Positions 9,741 through 17,839 of a stretch of DNA of 64,000 bases are shown one piece after another (within the stretch, counting starts at the first letter, position 1; each line of letters begins with the position of its first letter). A program made the position numbers and the translations under genes. Source of the DNA: Firmicutes bacterium UBA2203 (GTDB lineage: Bacteria; Bacillota; Desulfotomaculia; Desulfotomaculales; Nap2-2B). The DNA lies in NCBI GenBank assembly GCA_002327235.1, contig DCUX01000004.1, positions 93,553 through 157,552 of the forward strand, written 5' to 3'. The notes beneath the pieces are model-generated. The model was given only the letters and a program-made list of their open reading frames with translations. It was not told where the DNA came from and did not search any database.

Positions 9741-9923
9741 TTACATAGGTTTGGGTATTTTTTGTGCTTCATCAGCTTCGTGTTTTAATTTGGCCTGACA
9801 AAAAGTACAGACTCCCATGGATGATTTCTTTTTTGGCCTGTCTTCCTCATTGTTGTATGGGTTAGATTTTTTAGGTTCTTCTGGCTCAATTTTTCGCCCG
9901 CACAACATACACCTGTTAACCAC
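9741..9923 (-). CDS. Small zinc-ribbon-like protein (CxxC...CxxC), function unknown
   Basis: 60 aa with a GTG start 8 nt after GGGGGA. Cysteine pairs at CMLCG and CTFCQ, with a lysine-rich linker. Confidence 0.5.
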   Translation of the reverse strand: MVNRCMLCGRKIEPEEPKKSNPYNNEEDRPKKKSSMGVCTFCQAKLKHEADEAQKIPKPM

Positions 9924-10012
9924 CGAAATTTCCCCCTGAATTAATTTGTAAGCTTTATATACATTCTAAAGCTAGTTGTTTGCTACTGTCAAGTTTATTT
10001 GAAAGGAAAAGG

Positions 10013-10041
10013 TAGACAAACCGCTTAAAGAATAGTAAAAT
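10013..10041 (+). promoter_or_regulatory. Possible sigmaA-type promoter (TAGACA-17 nt-TAAAAT)
   Basis: Hexamers and the 17-nt spacer read directly, about 40 nt upstream of the GTG at 10083. Confidence 0.3.
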
Positions 10042-10082
10042 AAATCAGCCAAAAAAGCGAAGCCAAAAGGAGTGGTTTTTCG

Positions 10083-10865
10083 GTGTGGTCAAAACAAAAG
10101 ATCTTATTTATTTTAACCGGCTGTTTATTTTTAGTTTTGGTAGTGAGTATATGGGCAATGGCGGCCAACAAAACAGTAAGGCTAGTGGTTAACGGACGGG
10201 AGGTTATGGCTGATCCTCCGCCTTTTTTGTACCAGAACCGGATTTTTGTTCCGTTAAAGGCAGCCGCTGAAGCGTTAGATGCTAAGATAAGCTGGGAAGC
10301 AAAGAATCAGACGGTGATAGTTAACCGGTGGGGTGGGTCAGAAGGAAAACAAGGGGAAGAACCAACGGCAAAAAAAGGAGCCCTTTACCTGCAGGGCATG
10401 GAGAAAAACTTTATTACCGCGGCAGACTTAAAAAATTTACTTGACGACGATCACGATAACGACCTGGCTGACTTTCGGCCAGGACATAATGAGGGGGATA
10501 ACAAATATAATGACCCTTTGATTTTGGATGTACGTTCCCAAAAAGAATATGATGCCGGCCATATCCCTGGGGCCATCTGGCTTGCGCCGGCGGTAGAAAT
10601 AGGTAAAAATGAAAATGTTGCGGCCTTGCGTCAGGCTTTAAAAACTCACACGGCTAAAGGGGGACGCAATGAGGTAGTGGTTTATTGCGCTACTTCCCAA
10701 GAGGCCGGGCTGGTTTGCGGAGTTTTAGGTACTTACGGTATAAGCGTGAAAAACTTACGTTATGGCTATGCTATTGCCTGGGAAGGAAGTAAGGCGGCCG
10801 ATACCCCCATTAAAGGCCCACGGGAAAATAAAGATGGGGCTACGGTACCTTATTCTTCAGGGTGA
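10083..10865 (+). CDS. Exported fusion of a copper-amine-oxidase-N-terminal-like stalk domain and a rhodanese domain
   Basis: Signal/TM segment. Block RLVVNGREVMADPPPFLYQNRIFVPLKAAAEALDAKISW is typical of the Cu_amine_oxidN1 fold. Rhodanese block LILDVRSQKEYDAGHIPGAIW...VVVYCATSQEAG carries the candidate catalytic Cys. Confidence 0.75.
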   Translation: MWSKQKILFILTGCLFLVLVVSIWAMAANKTVRLVVNGREVMADPPPFLYQNRIFVPLKAAAEALDAKISWEAKNQTVIVNRWGGSEGKQGEEPTAKKGALYLQGMEKNFITAADLKNLLDDDHDNDLADFRPGHNEGDNKYNDPLILDVRSQKEYDAGHIPGAIWLAPAVEIGKNENVAALRQALKTHTAKGGRNEVVVYCATSQEAGLVCGVLGTYGISVKNLRYGYAIAWEGSKAADTPIKGPRENKDGATVPYSSG

Positions 10866-10880
10866 AGAAAATGTGACTAA

Positions 10881-10906
10881 TACCTGCGGGTCAGGTAAAA
10901 TTTTTT
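10881..10906 (+). terminator. Putative terminator of the rhodanese gene
   Basis: TACCTG-CGGGT-CAGGTA hairpin followed by AAAATTTTTT. The stem is only 6 bp. Confidence 0.45.
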
Positions 10907-11020
10907 AGGAATACATTTTATTTTTTTTATTATTTAACATTAATCTTAGATTGTTATAGCCTTTTATAGCCTTTTGTGATTAGTTTTGACGGATTAACTT
11001 GAGCCTTAAAATTAACTATT

Positions 11021-12235
11021 TTAAAAGGCCTTCTTTTCCCCTTTTTGTCTTAAAAGGGCTTGGACTTTTAAAGGCAAACCAAATAAATTAATGAAACCGG
11101 TAGCGTCTGCCTGGCGGTAAATTTCTTCTTGACCAAAGGTAGCCAGTTCCTGGTGGTATAAGGAATAGGGTGAACTGACACCGGCGGGGGTGCAGTTTCC
11201 TTTGTAAAGCTTCAGGCGCACTTTACCTGTCACCGTCTGCTGGGTAGATTTTACAAAAGCATCCAGGGCCTTTTTAAGCGGGGAAAACCATAAGCCGTCG
11301 TATACTAGTTCGGCGTAACGTTGCGCAACTATTTCCTTAAAGTGCATGGTTTGACGGTCCAAAGTTAAATATTCTAATTCCCGGTGCGCCAGGTAGAGTA
11401 TAGTTCCGCCCGGTGTTTCGTACACCCCGCGTGACTTCATTCCCACCAGGCGATTTTCCACTAAATCAACCACTCCAATACCATTTGCCTGACCCAGCCG
11501 GTTTAACTCTTCCACTAGGGCCACGGCCGGCATTTGTTGGCCGTTAATTTCCCTGGGGAGGCCTTCCACAAAGGAAATCTCCACGTAGGCAGGCAAATCA
11601 GGGGCTTTTTCCGGCGGAACAGTAAGCTGCAGCAAATCTGAGGGTGGTTCCTTGGCCACGTCTTCTAAGTCTCCGCCCTCGTGGCTCAAGTGCCAGAGGT
11701 TGCGGTCCCGGCTATAAGGATCTTTTTTGGTAACCGGAATAGGAATATTTCTGGCGGCCGCGTAATCAATAGCCTCTTCCCGGGAGCGAATGTCCCACTC
11801 GCGCCAGGGGGCAATAATTTTTAAGGCAGGGTCGAGGGCTTTAACGCTCAGTTCAAAACGGACCTGGTCGTTGCCCTTACCGGTAGCGCCGTGGGCAACC
11901 GCCTCAGCCCCTTCTTTTTGGGCGGTTAAAACCAGGTATTTAGCAATTAAAGGGCGGCCTATAGACGTGCCTAAAAGATATTTACCTTCGTAAACCGCCC
12001 CGGCTTGTAAGGTTGGAAAAATATACTCTTCAATAAATTCTTGTTTTAAATCTTCCAGGTAAAATTTACTGGCGCCGCTTTTTAAGGCTTTTTCCCTTAA
12101 GGGGGCCAGTTCCTCTCCCTGGCCCAAATCTGCCGCCAGGGCAATAACTTCGCAGCGGTAATTTTCTTTAAGCCAAGGAATAATAATAGAGGTATCCAGG
12201 CCGCCCGAATAAGCTAAAACTACTTTTTTGACCAT
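11021..12235 (-). CDS. argG: Argininosuccinate synthase
   Basis: [12 protein letters not shown]-binding motif and [13 protein letters not shown]. Confidence 0.95.
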   Translation of the reverse strand: MVKKVVLAYSGGLDTSIIIPWLKENYRCEVIALAADLGQGEELAPLREKALKSGASKFYLEDLKQEFIEEYIFPTLQAGAVYEGKYLLGTSIGRPLIAKYLVLTAQKEGAEAVAHGATGKGNDQVRFELSVKALDPALKIIAPWREWDIRSREEAIDYAAARNIPIPVTKKDPYSRDRNLWHLSHEGGDLEDVAKEPPSDLLQLTVPPEKAPDLPAYVEISFVEGLPREINGQQMPAVALVEELNRLGQANGIGVVDLVENRLVGMKSRGVYETPGGTILYLAHRELEYLTLDRQTMHFKEIVAQRYAELVYDGLWFSPLKKALDAFVKSTQQTVTGKVRLKLYKGNCTPAGVSSPYSLYHQELATFGQEEIYRQADATGFINLFGLPLKVQALLRQKGEKKAF

Positions 12236-12252
12236 TTTTTAAACCCCTCCTA

Positions 12253-12335
12253 TTTGGAGGTTAGAGGTTGGAGGTTAGAGGTTGGAACTTTTTGATTCCA
12301 ATTCCAACTTCCACTTTCCACCTTCTACCTTCCAA
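12253..12335 (-). repeat. Heptad-array hairpin element, copy a (argF|argG gap)
   Basis: Plus strand reads (GGAGGTT/AGAGGTT)x4, a T-rich loop, then an inverted CCAAC/CCACY array. On the mRNA-sense strand it ends CCTCCAAA-TA-GGAGGGG-N9-ATG(argG). Confidence 0.9.
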
Positions 12336-12340
12336 TTTGT

Positions 12341-13360
12341 TTACATAATAAGACTCAAAATGGCTTTTTGGATGTGCAATCTATTTTCTGCTTCATCCCA
12401 CACGGCCGCATGGGGCCCATCAATAATGTCTGCCGTAACCTCTTCGCCCCGGTGAGCTGGCAAACAATGCAAAAAAATAAAATCCGGCTTGGCGTGTTTT
12501 ACTAATTCAGTATTTACCTGGTAAGGGGCAAAAGCTTTTCTTCGTTGTTTTTGTTCCGCTTCCTGACCCATGCTGGTCCAGACATCGGTGATTATTACGT
12601 CCGCGTTTACCACGGCTTTTGCCGGGGAGTTTAAAATTTCAATATGGCTTCCGGTTTGCCGGGCAATATGTCTAGCCAGGGCAATTATCTTTTCCGCGGG
12701 AGGATATTCTTCCGGAGTAGCGATAAAAAGCAGCAGACCTAGTTTTGCGGCCGTAATAAGTAAAGAATGACAAACGTTATTGCCGTCTCCCACGTAAGCT
12801 AATTTCAAACCGACTAAATTCCCTTTATACTCCTGGATTGTTTGCAAGTCAGCCAGCACCTGGCAGGGATGGTACAAGTCAGAAAGTCCATTGATTACAG
12901 GAATATCGGCGTAAAGCGCCAGTTCCTCCAAGTCTTCCTGGGCGTAAGTGCGCACAACCAGGCCGTCTAAATAACGGGACAAGACGCGGGCCGTGTCCGC
13001 GATGGTCTCGCCCCGCCCCAGCTGTAAATCGTTAGCGTTAAGGTAAAGCGCGTATCCACCCAAATGATACATGGCTACTTCAAAAGATACTCTGGTACGG
13101 GTGGAAGCCTTTTGAAAAATCATCCCTAAAGTTTTTCCGGCCAGGACGGAAGTTTGCGGCTTCCCCTTTTTTTGCCTTTGTTTTAATTCCGCGGCTAAAT
13201 CTAAAATATATTTTATTTCGGCCGGGGTAAATTCTGCTAAGGAAAGTAAGTCTTTTCCTTTTAAATTTTTCGCTGGCTCCGGCGGCCCGCCTGTCTGGCA
13301 GGCTGTTAGGTTATCTACCATAACACTGCTATCTTGCCTGTCCGCCTGACGGGCAGGCAA
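12341..13360 (-). CDS. argF: Ornithine carbamoyltransferase, with an unusually long N-terminal extension derived from a repeat
   Basis: STRTRVSFE, HPCQ and HCLPAHRGEE motifs. TTG start 6 nt after AAAGGAGG. About 25 extra codons precede the conserved LKGKDLLSL block. Confidence 0.9.
   Translation of the reverse strand: MPARQADRQDSSVMVDNLTACQTGGPPEPAKNLKGKDLLSLAEFTPAEIKYILDLAAELKQRQKKGKPQTSVLAGKTLGMIFQKASTRTRVSFEVAMYHLGGYALYLNANDLQLGRGETIADTARVLSRYLDGLVVRTYAQEDLEELALYADIPVINGLSDLYHPCQVLADLQTIQEYKGNLVGLKLAYVGDGNNVCHSLLITAAKLGLLLFIATPEEYPPAEKIIALARHIARQTGSHIEILNSPAKAVVNADVIITDVWTSMGQEAEQKQRRKAFAPYQVNTELVKHAKPDFIFLHCLPAHRGEEVTADIIDGPHAAVWDEAENRLHIQKAILSLIM
13285..13358 (-). repeat. CAGGC-type hairpin repeat, copy b, inside the 5' end of the argF ORF
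   Basis: The minus strand reads GCCTGCCCGTCAGGCGGACAGGC...CAGCCTGCCAGACAGGCGGGC. This matches the arms of the element at 29448-29535. Confidence 0.7.
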
Positions 13361-13383
13361 ATTGTTCCTCCTTTTTCTTAGTT

Positions 13384-14592
13384 TCAGGATAAATTTGTTC
13401 TTTCTATAAAAACCTGGCTTATTATGTTTATAGCCCAGTCAATTTCCGGCCGGGTAACGATAAGCGGGGGCAGGAAACGCAAAATATGCGAGCCAATGCC
13501 GTTAATTAATAGTCCTTGCTCCATGCATCGGCGGACTATCTCCGGACCATTTTGATTTTGGTTTAATTCTATAGCCAGCATTAAGCCCATCCCCCTCACT
13601 TCCCGGATAAAAGGAAAGCGCTGGGCTAGAAAAGTCAATTGTTCCTTGAAATAATCCCCGGTTAAAGACACTTGTTCAATAAGGCCGTGATTTAACATGT
13701 ACTCAAGCACGGCTAGGCCAACGGCGCAGGCCAGAGGATTACCCCCAAATGTAGAAGCATGATTTCCGGGCTGAAAAGCCAGGGCAAATTCTTCCTTAGC
13801 CACCATAGCCCCAATCGGAAACCCGCTGCCCAGGCCTTTAGCCAGGGTAAAAATATCCGGGGTAACCCCGTAGTGCTGAAAAGCTAAAAATTTACCCGTC
13901 CGGCCCAGCCCGCACTGCACTTCATCAAAAATAAGGGCCAGTTTGTGCCGGTGGCATAATTCCCGTACTCCGGCCAGATAGTCCTTGGCGGCCGGGTAAA
14001 TTCCGCCTTCTCCTTGAATTGGCTCCAGCATTATGGCACAGGTTTGCTCATTAATGGCTTCCTTTAAAGCTTTTAGGTCATTAAAGGGTACGTGAGTAAA
14101 ACCTGCCGGTAAGGGTTCGAATCCTTGCCGGTGTTTAGGTTGCCCGGTGGCGGCTAAGGTAGCCAGGGTCCGGCCATGAAAGGACTTAAGGGCGGTAATA
14201 ACTTCGTACCTTTCTGGGTGACCGTTAACCTTAGCGTACTTACGGGCTAGCTTTAAAGCGGCCTCGTTAGCTTCCGCCCCGCTGTTGCAAAAGAAAACCC
14301 GGGCTCCTTTAAAAATTTGACCTATTAATGCGGCTAATTTGGCTTGAGGTTGGATATAGAATAAATTAGACACGTGAATTAACTCTTTAGCCTGGCGGCA
14401 TATGGCTTCGACTACCACCGGGTGGCAGTGCCCCAGGGAGCAAACAGCTAAACCGGCGGTAAAATCCAGATATTCCTTACCGTTGGCATCCCACAATTTA
14501 GACCCCTTACCCTTTATCAGGGCAATTGGAAAACGATTGTACGTGGGCATAAGGTATTCATGGCTTAGCTCAATAATTTCCTGACTGGTCAA
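13384..14592 (-). CDS. argD: Acetylornithine aminotransferase
   Basis: Class III aminotransferase blocks LIFDEVQCGLGRTGK and TLAKGLGSGFPIGA. Lies within the arg operon. Confidence 0.9.
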   Translation of the reverse strand: MTSQEIIELSHEYLMPTYNRFPIALIKGKGSKLWDANGKEYLDFTAGLAVCSLGHCHPVVVEAICRQAKELIHVSNLFYIQPQAKLAALIGQIFKGARVFFCNSGAEANEAALKLARKYAKVNGHPERYEVITALKSFHGRTLATLAATGQPKHRQGFEPLPAGFTHVPFNDLKALKEAINEQTCAIMLEPIQGEGGIYPAAKDYLAGVRELCHRHKLALIFDEVQCGLGRTGKFLAFQHYGVTPDIFTLAKGLGSGFPIGAMVAKEEFALAFQPGNHASTFGGNPLACAVGLAVLEYMLNHGLIEQVSLTGDYFKEQLTFLAQRFPFIREVRGMGLMLAIELNQNQNGPEIVRRCMEQGLLINGIGSHILRFLPPLIVTRPEIDWAINIISQVFIERTNLS

Positions 14593-14604
14593 TTTCTTTT
14601 CCTC

Positions 14605-15483
14605 CTAAGGTACTACCATGGTGCCTACACCCTGGTCAGTAAATATCTCCAGTAAAATGGCGTGGAGTATTCGCCCGTCTAAAATATGAGCTGTTTTTAC
14701 CCCTCCGCCTAATGCGGCTACGCAGCATTCTATTTTAGGAATCATCCCTTTGTTAATTACATTTTTTTCCATTAGGGCGGGTATTTCGGAAACCTTAATA
14801 GTGGAAATGAGGGTATCTTCGTCATTTAAATCTGCCAGCACCCCGGCCACGTCCGTGAGAATCACTAATTTTTCGGCCGCTAAGGCCGCCGCGATTTCTC
14901 CGGCCGCATGGTCAGCGTTAACGTTATAACTCTCCCCTTCACTTCCTACCGCTACGGGGGCAATAACCGGAATGAAGCCCTGGTTGATAAGGTTAAAAAC
15001 AAGCCCTGATTTTACGTGGTTAATTTCTCCTACGTAGCCAAGGTCAATTTCCCCGTCCGGAAAGCCGTTGTTAATCATCTTTTTTCTAGCCTGTAAAAAG
15101 CAATCGTCTTTACCGGATAAACCTATAGCCCGGCCCCCAATCTTGTTTACGAGCGAAACAATTTCCCGGTTAATTTTGCCCACTAAAACCATCTCAACAA
15201 TTTCCATGGTTTCTTTGTCGGTTACCCGTAGACCGGCCATAAATTGCGAGTTTACCCCTAGCCTGGTTAACATTCCGGTAATTTCTGGTCCCCCCCCGTG
15301 TACTACCACCGGGTTCATCCCTACGTATTTCATCAAGACAATATCGGTAAGGACAGCATTTTTTAAGTCCTTATCTAACATGGCGTGGCCGCCGTATTTA
15401 ATAATCACTGTTTTCCCGTAAAAATTTTTTATATACGGTAAAGCTTCTACTAAAACGGCTGCTTTAGCTAGAGCATCCTTCAC
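14605..15483 (-). CDS. argB: Acetylglutamate kinase
   Basis: [19 protein letters not shown] and the amino-acid kinase fold. GTG start after AAAGGAG. Confidence 0.95.
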   Translation of the reverse strand: MKDALAKAAVLVEALPYIKNFYGKTVIIKYGGHAMLDKDLKNAVLTDIVLMKYVGMNPVVVHGGGPEITGMLTRLGVNSQFMAGLRVTDKETMEIVEMVLVGKINREIVSLVNKIGGRAIGLSGKDDCFLQARKKMINNGFPDGEIDLGYVGEINHVKSGLVFNLINQGFIPVIAPVAVGSEGESYNVNADHAAGEIAAALAAEKLVILTDVAGVLADLNDEDTLISTIKVSEIPALMEKNVINKGMIPKIECCVAALGGGVKTAHILDGRILHAILLEIFTDQGVGTMVVP

Positions 15484-15521
15484 TTTATAACTCCTTTTGA
15501 TGTAGGATAACCCCTTTTGAT

Positions 15522-15549
15522 GTAGGGGCGTATAGCCATACGCCCCTAC
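15522..15549. repeat. GC-rich palindrome GTAGGGGCGTAT-GGCT/AGCC-ATACGCCCCTAC (palindrome family, copy 2)
   Basis: 12-bp perfect stem directly abutting the argJ stop codon. On the mRNA-sense side it is followed by a 20-nt tandem duplication containing the argB SD. Confidence 0.9.
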
Positions 15550-16758
15550 TTAAGTCCGGTAGCTGGCGTTAATCCGGATGTAATCGTAAGTTAAATCACA
15601 GCCCCAGGCCGTGGCCTTATGAGTACCCTCGTTAAAATCAACTAAAATGGACACTTTACTGCCGGCTAATGCTTCAGCTGCGGCCGCTTCACTAAAAGGG
15701 AGCATTGCGCCGTTTTGCGCTACTTTTTCAGGCCCTATAAAAATATCTAGGCGGTCTGGGTTAAATTTTGCACCGGAATAACCAACGGCGCAAATTATCC
15801 GTCCCCAGTTGGCGTCCTGCCCGAATACGGCTGTTTTGACTAAATTTGAGGCGGCTACGGCCCGCGCCGCCAAACACGCATCTTCCCTTGAGGCTGCGTT
15901 GATTACCCGCACTTCGAGCAGTTTGGTTGCCCCTTCCCCGTCACGGGCAATAGCTATAGCTAATTCAGTACAAACTTTAAGTACTGCCTCCTGGAACAAA
16001 TAATAAGCCGCCTCTTTTTTGTTTATAGCTGGATTTTCAGCCTGCCCGTTAGCTAAGATAACCAGCAGGTCATTTGTGCTGGTGTCCCCATCCACATCAA
16101 GCAGGTTAAAACTGGAGGCCGCGGCAGAATGAATAACCTCCTGCAGGCAGGGAACAGTTACCACCGCGTCAGTAGTTAAAAAACAAAGCATGGTAGCCAA
16201 TTGAGGGTGAATCATCCCGGCTCCCTTAGCCATACCGCCTACCGTGATTATTTTCCCGGCCAGTTCAAATTGCAGGGCTGCTTCTTTGGGTCTGGTATCC
16301 GTAGTCATAATTGCCTCGGCGGCTGCTCCTCCCCCTTGCTCACTCAGGGCAGCCACCGCCTGGCCAAGGCTTTTTATAATATTGGTTAAGGGCAGCGGTT
16401 GGCCAATTACTCCGGTAGAGGCCACTAGGACATCTTCAGCCGGTAGATGCAAAAGACAGGCCGCCTCACTGGCCACGGCTTTAGCATCTATTAAACCCTG
16501 GTTGCCGTTGCAGGCGTTGGCGTTACCGCTGTTAATAACCACTGCCTGGGCACGCCCGTCTTTCAGGTGCTCTTTAGTAACGTGAAGAGGGGCCGCCTTT
16601 ATCTGGTTAGTCGTATACAGGGCGGCCGCGCCGGCCGGAACAACCGAATAAATTAAAGCTAACTCTTTGCGGGTTGGGTCTTTAATTCCGGCGGCGACGC
16701 CTGCGGCCTTAAATCCTTTGGGGGCAGTAACTCCGCCGGTAACAGGTTTATAAACCAA
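15550..16758 (-). CDS. argJ: Bifunctional ornithine acetyltransferase / N-acetylglutamate synthase
   Basis: Autoprocessing site context HPQLATMLCFLTTD. Length and operon context fit. Confidence 0.95.
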   Translation of the reverse strand: MVYKPVTGGVTAPKGFKAAGVAAGIKDPTRKELALIYSVVPAGAAALYTTNQIKAAPLHVTKEHLKDGRAQAVVINSGNANACNGNQGLIDAKAVASEAACLLHLPAEDVLVASTGVIGQPLPLTNIIKSLGQAVAALSEQGGGAAAEAIMTTDTRPKEAALQFELAGKIITVGGMAKGAGMIHPQLATMLCFLTTDAVVTVPCLQEVIHSAAASSFNLLDVDGDTSTNDLLVILANGQAENPAINKKEAAYYLFQEAVLKVCTELAIAIARDGEGATKLLEVRVINAASREDACLAARAVAASNLVKTAVFGQDANWGRIICAVGYSGAKFNPDRLDIFIGPEKVAQNGAMLPFSEAAAAEALAGSKVSILVDFNEGTHKATAWGCDLTYDYIRINASYRT

Positions 16759-16777
16759 AAATTTTTCCTTCCTTTTC

Positions 16778-17839
16778 TTACGGGTAAACTCCTGCTTCTT
16801 CTAAGGCCATAGTTTCCGGAAAGTCAAACATTATATTCATATTTTGCACGGCCTGACCGGAAGCTCCTTTAATTAAATTATCAATGGCGGATAAGATTAT
16901 AACCTGATTTGTCCGCTTGTCAACTACTATCCCTAAAGCGCAATAATTAGAGCCGGCCACCATTTTTGTGCCGGGCAGGATATGCGGCGGCATAATTCGA
17001 ATGAAGTGCTCATCCTGGTAAAAAGTACGGTATAATTTTAATATTTCCGGTAAAGTTATGTTAACAGACAAGGGAGCGTATATGGTGCTGAGAATTCCTC
17101 TGGTCATGGGAGTTAGGTGTGGGGTAAAGGTTACTTTAATTTCCCCGTCTGCCAGAAGACTTAATTCTTGCTCTATTTCCGGAGTATGACGGTGGTTGGC
17201 AACGCTGTACGCTTTTATATTTTCATTTACTTCACAGTAATGAGTGTTTAAAGAGAGTCCTCTTCCTGCTCCGGATACCCCTGACTTGGCATCTATAATA
17301 ATCCTGTTTGGATCAATTATTTTATTTTTTAAAAGCGGGGCCAGACCTAAAAGCGCACTGGTCGGGTAACAACCAGGATTAGCCACCGTTTTAGCCTGCC
17401 TGATTTCCTGGCGGTGTAGTTCGGGCAGGCCATACACGGCTTGGACCAGCAATTGTGCTGTAATCGTACGGTCCAATGACTGGTCTAAATCAATCCGGTA
17501 CCATTTAGCGTAAACAGCCGGGTCTTTTAACCGTAAATCCGCCCCCAAATCAATCATTTTTTTTCCCTGATGGATAACCTCTTGGGCCACGGGAAGCGCG
17601 TGGCCGTGAGGCAGGGAAACAAAAACTGCCTCGCACCTGTTTACCAAAGCAGGGATATTTAATTCTTCTCCCACCAGGTCTACTTTGCCCGATAAGTGGG
17701 GGTAAACTTCCGCAAAGGGAAGACCCACATATTGTTGGGTGGTTAAAGCTACTAACTCCACCAGGGGATGATGCTTTAATAACCGTACCAGTTCCGCTCC
17801 CGTGTAACCGGTAGCGCCAATTATGCCAACTTTAATCAT
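16778..17839 (-). CDS. argC: N-acetyl-gamma-glutamyl-phosphate reductase
   Basis: IGATGYTG NAD(P) motif and active-site block NPGCYPTS. Confidence 0.95.
   Translation of the reverse strand: MIKVGIIGATGYTGAELVRLLKHHPLVELVALTTQQYVGLPFAEVYPHLSGKVDLVGEELNIPALVNRCEAVFVSLPHGHALPVAQEVIHQGKKMIDLGADLRLKDPAVYAKWYRIDLDQSLDRTITAQLLVQAVYGLPELHRQEIRQAKTVANPGCYPTSALLGLAPLLKNKIIDPNRIIIDAKSGVSGAGRGLSLNTHYCEVNENIKAYSVANHRHTPEIEQELSLLADGEIKVTFTPHLTPMTRGILSTIYAPLSVNITLPEILKLYRTFYQDEHFIRIMPPHILPGTKMVAGSNYCALGIVVDKRTNQVIILSAIDNLIKGASGQAVQNMNIMFDFPETMALEEAGVYP

Noticed and set aside
10955-10976. 11-nt tandem duplication TATAGCCTTTT x2 in the convergent gap between the rhodanese gene and argG.
   Set aside because: It is real but tiny, with no associated structure or gene. 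Most likely a replication slippage scar.
14114-14124. tRNA T-arm-like GGTTCGAATCC.
   Set aside because: It lies inside the argD coding sequence. No acceptor or anticodon arms can be built around it.
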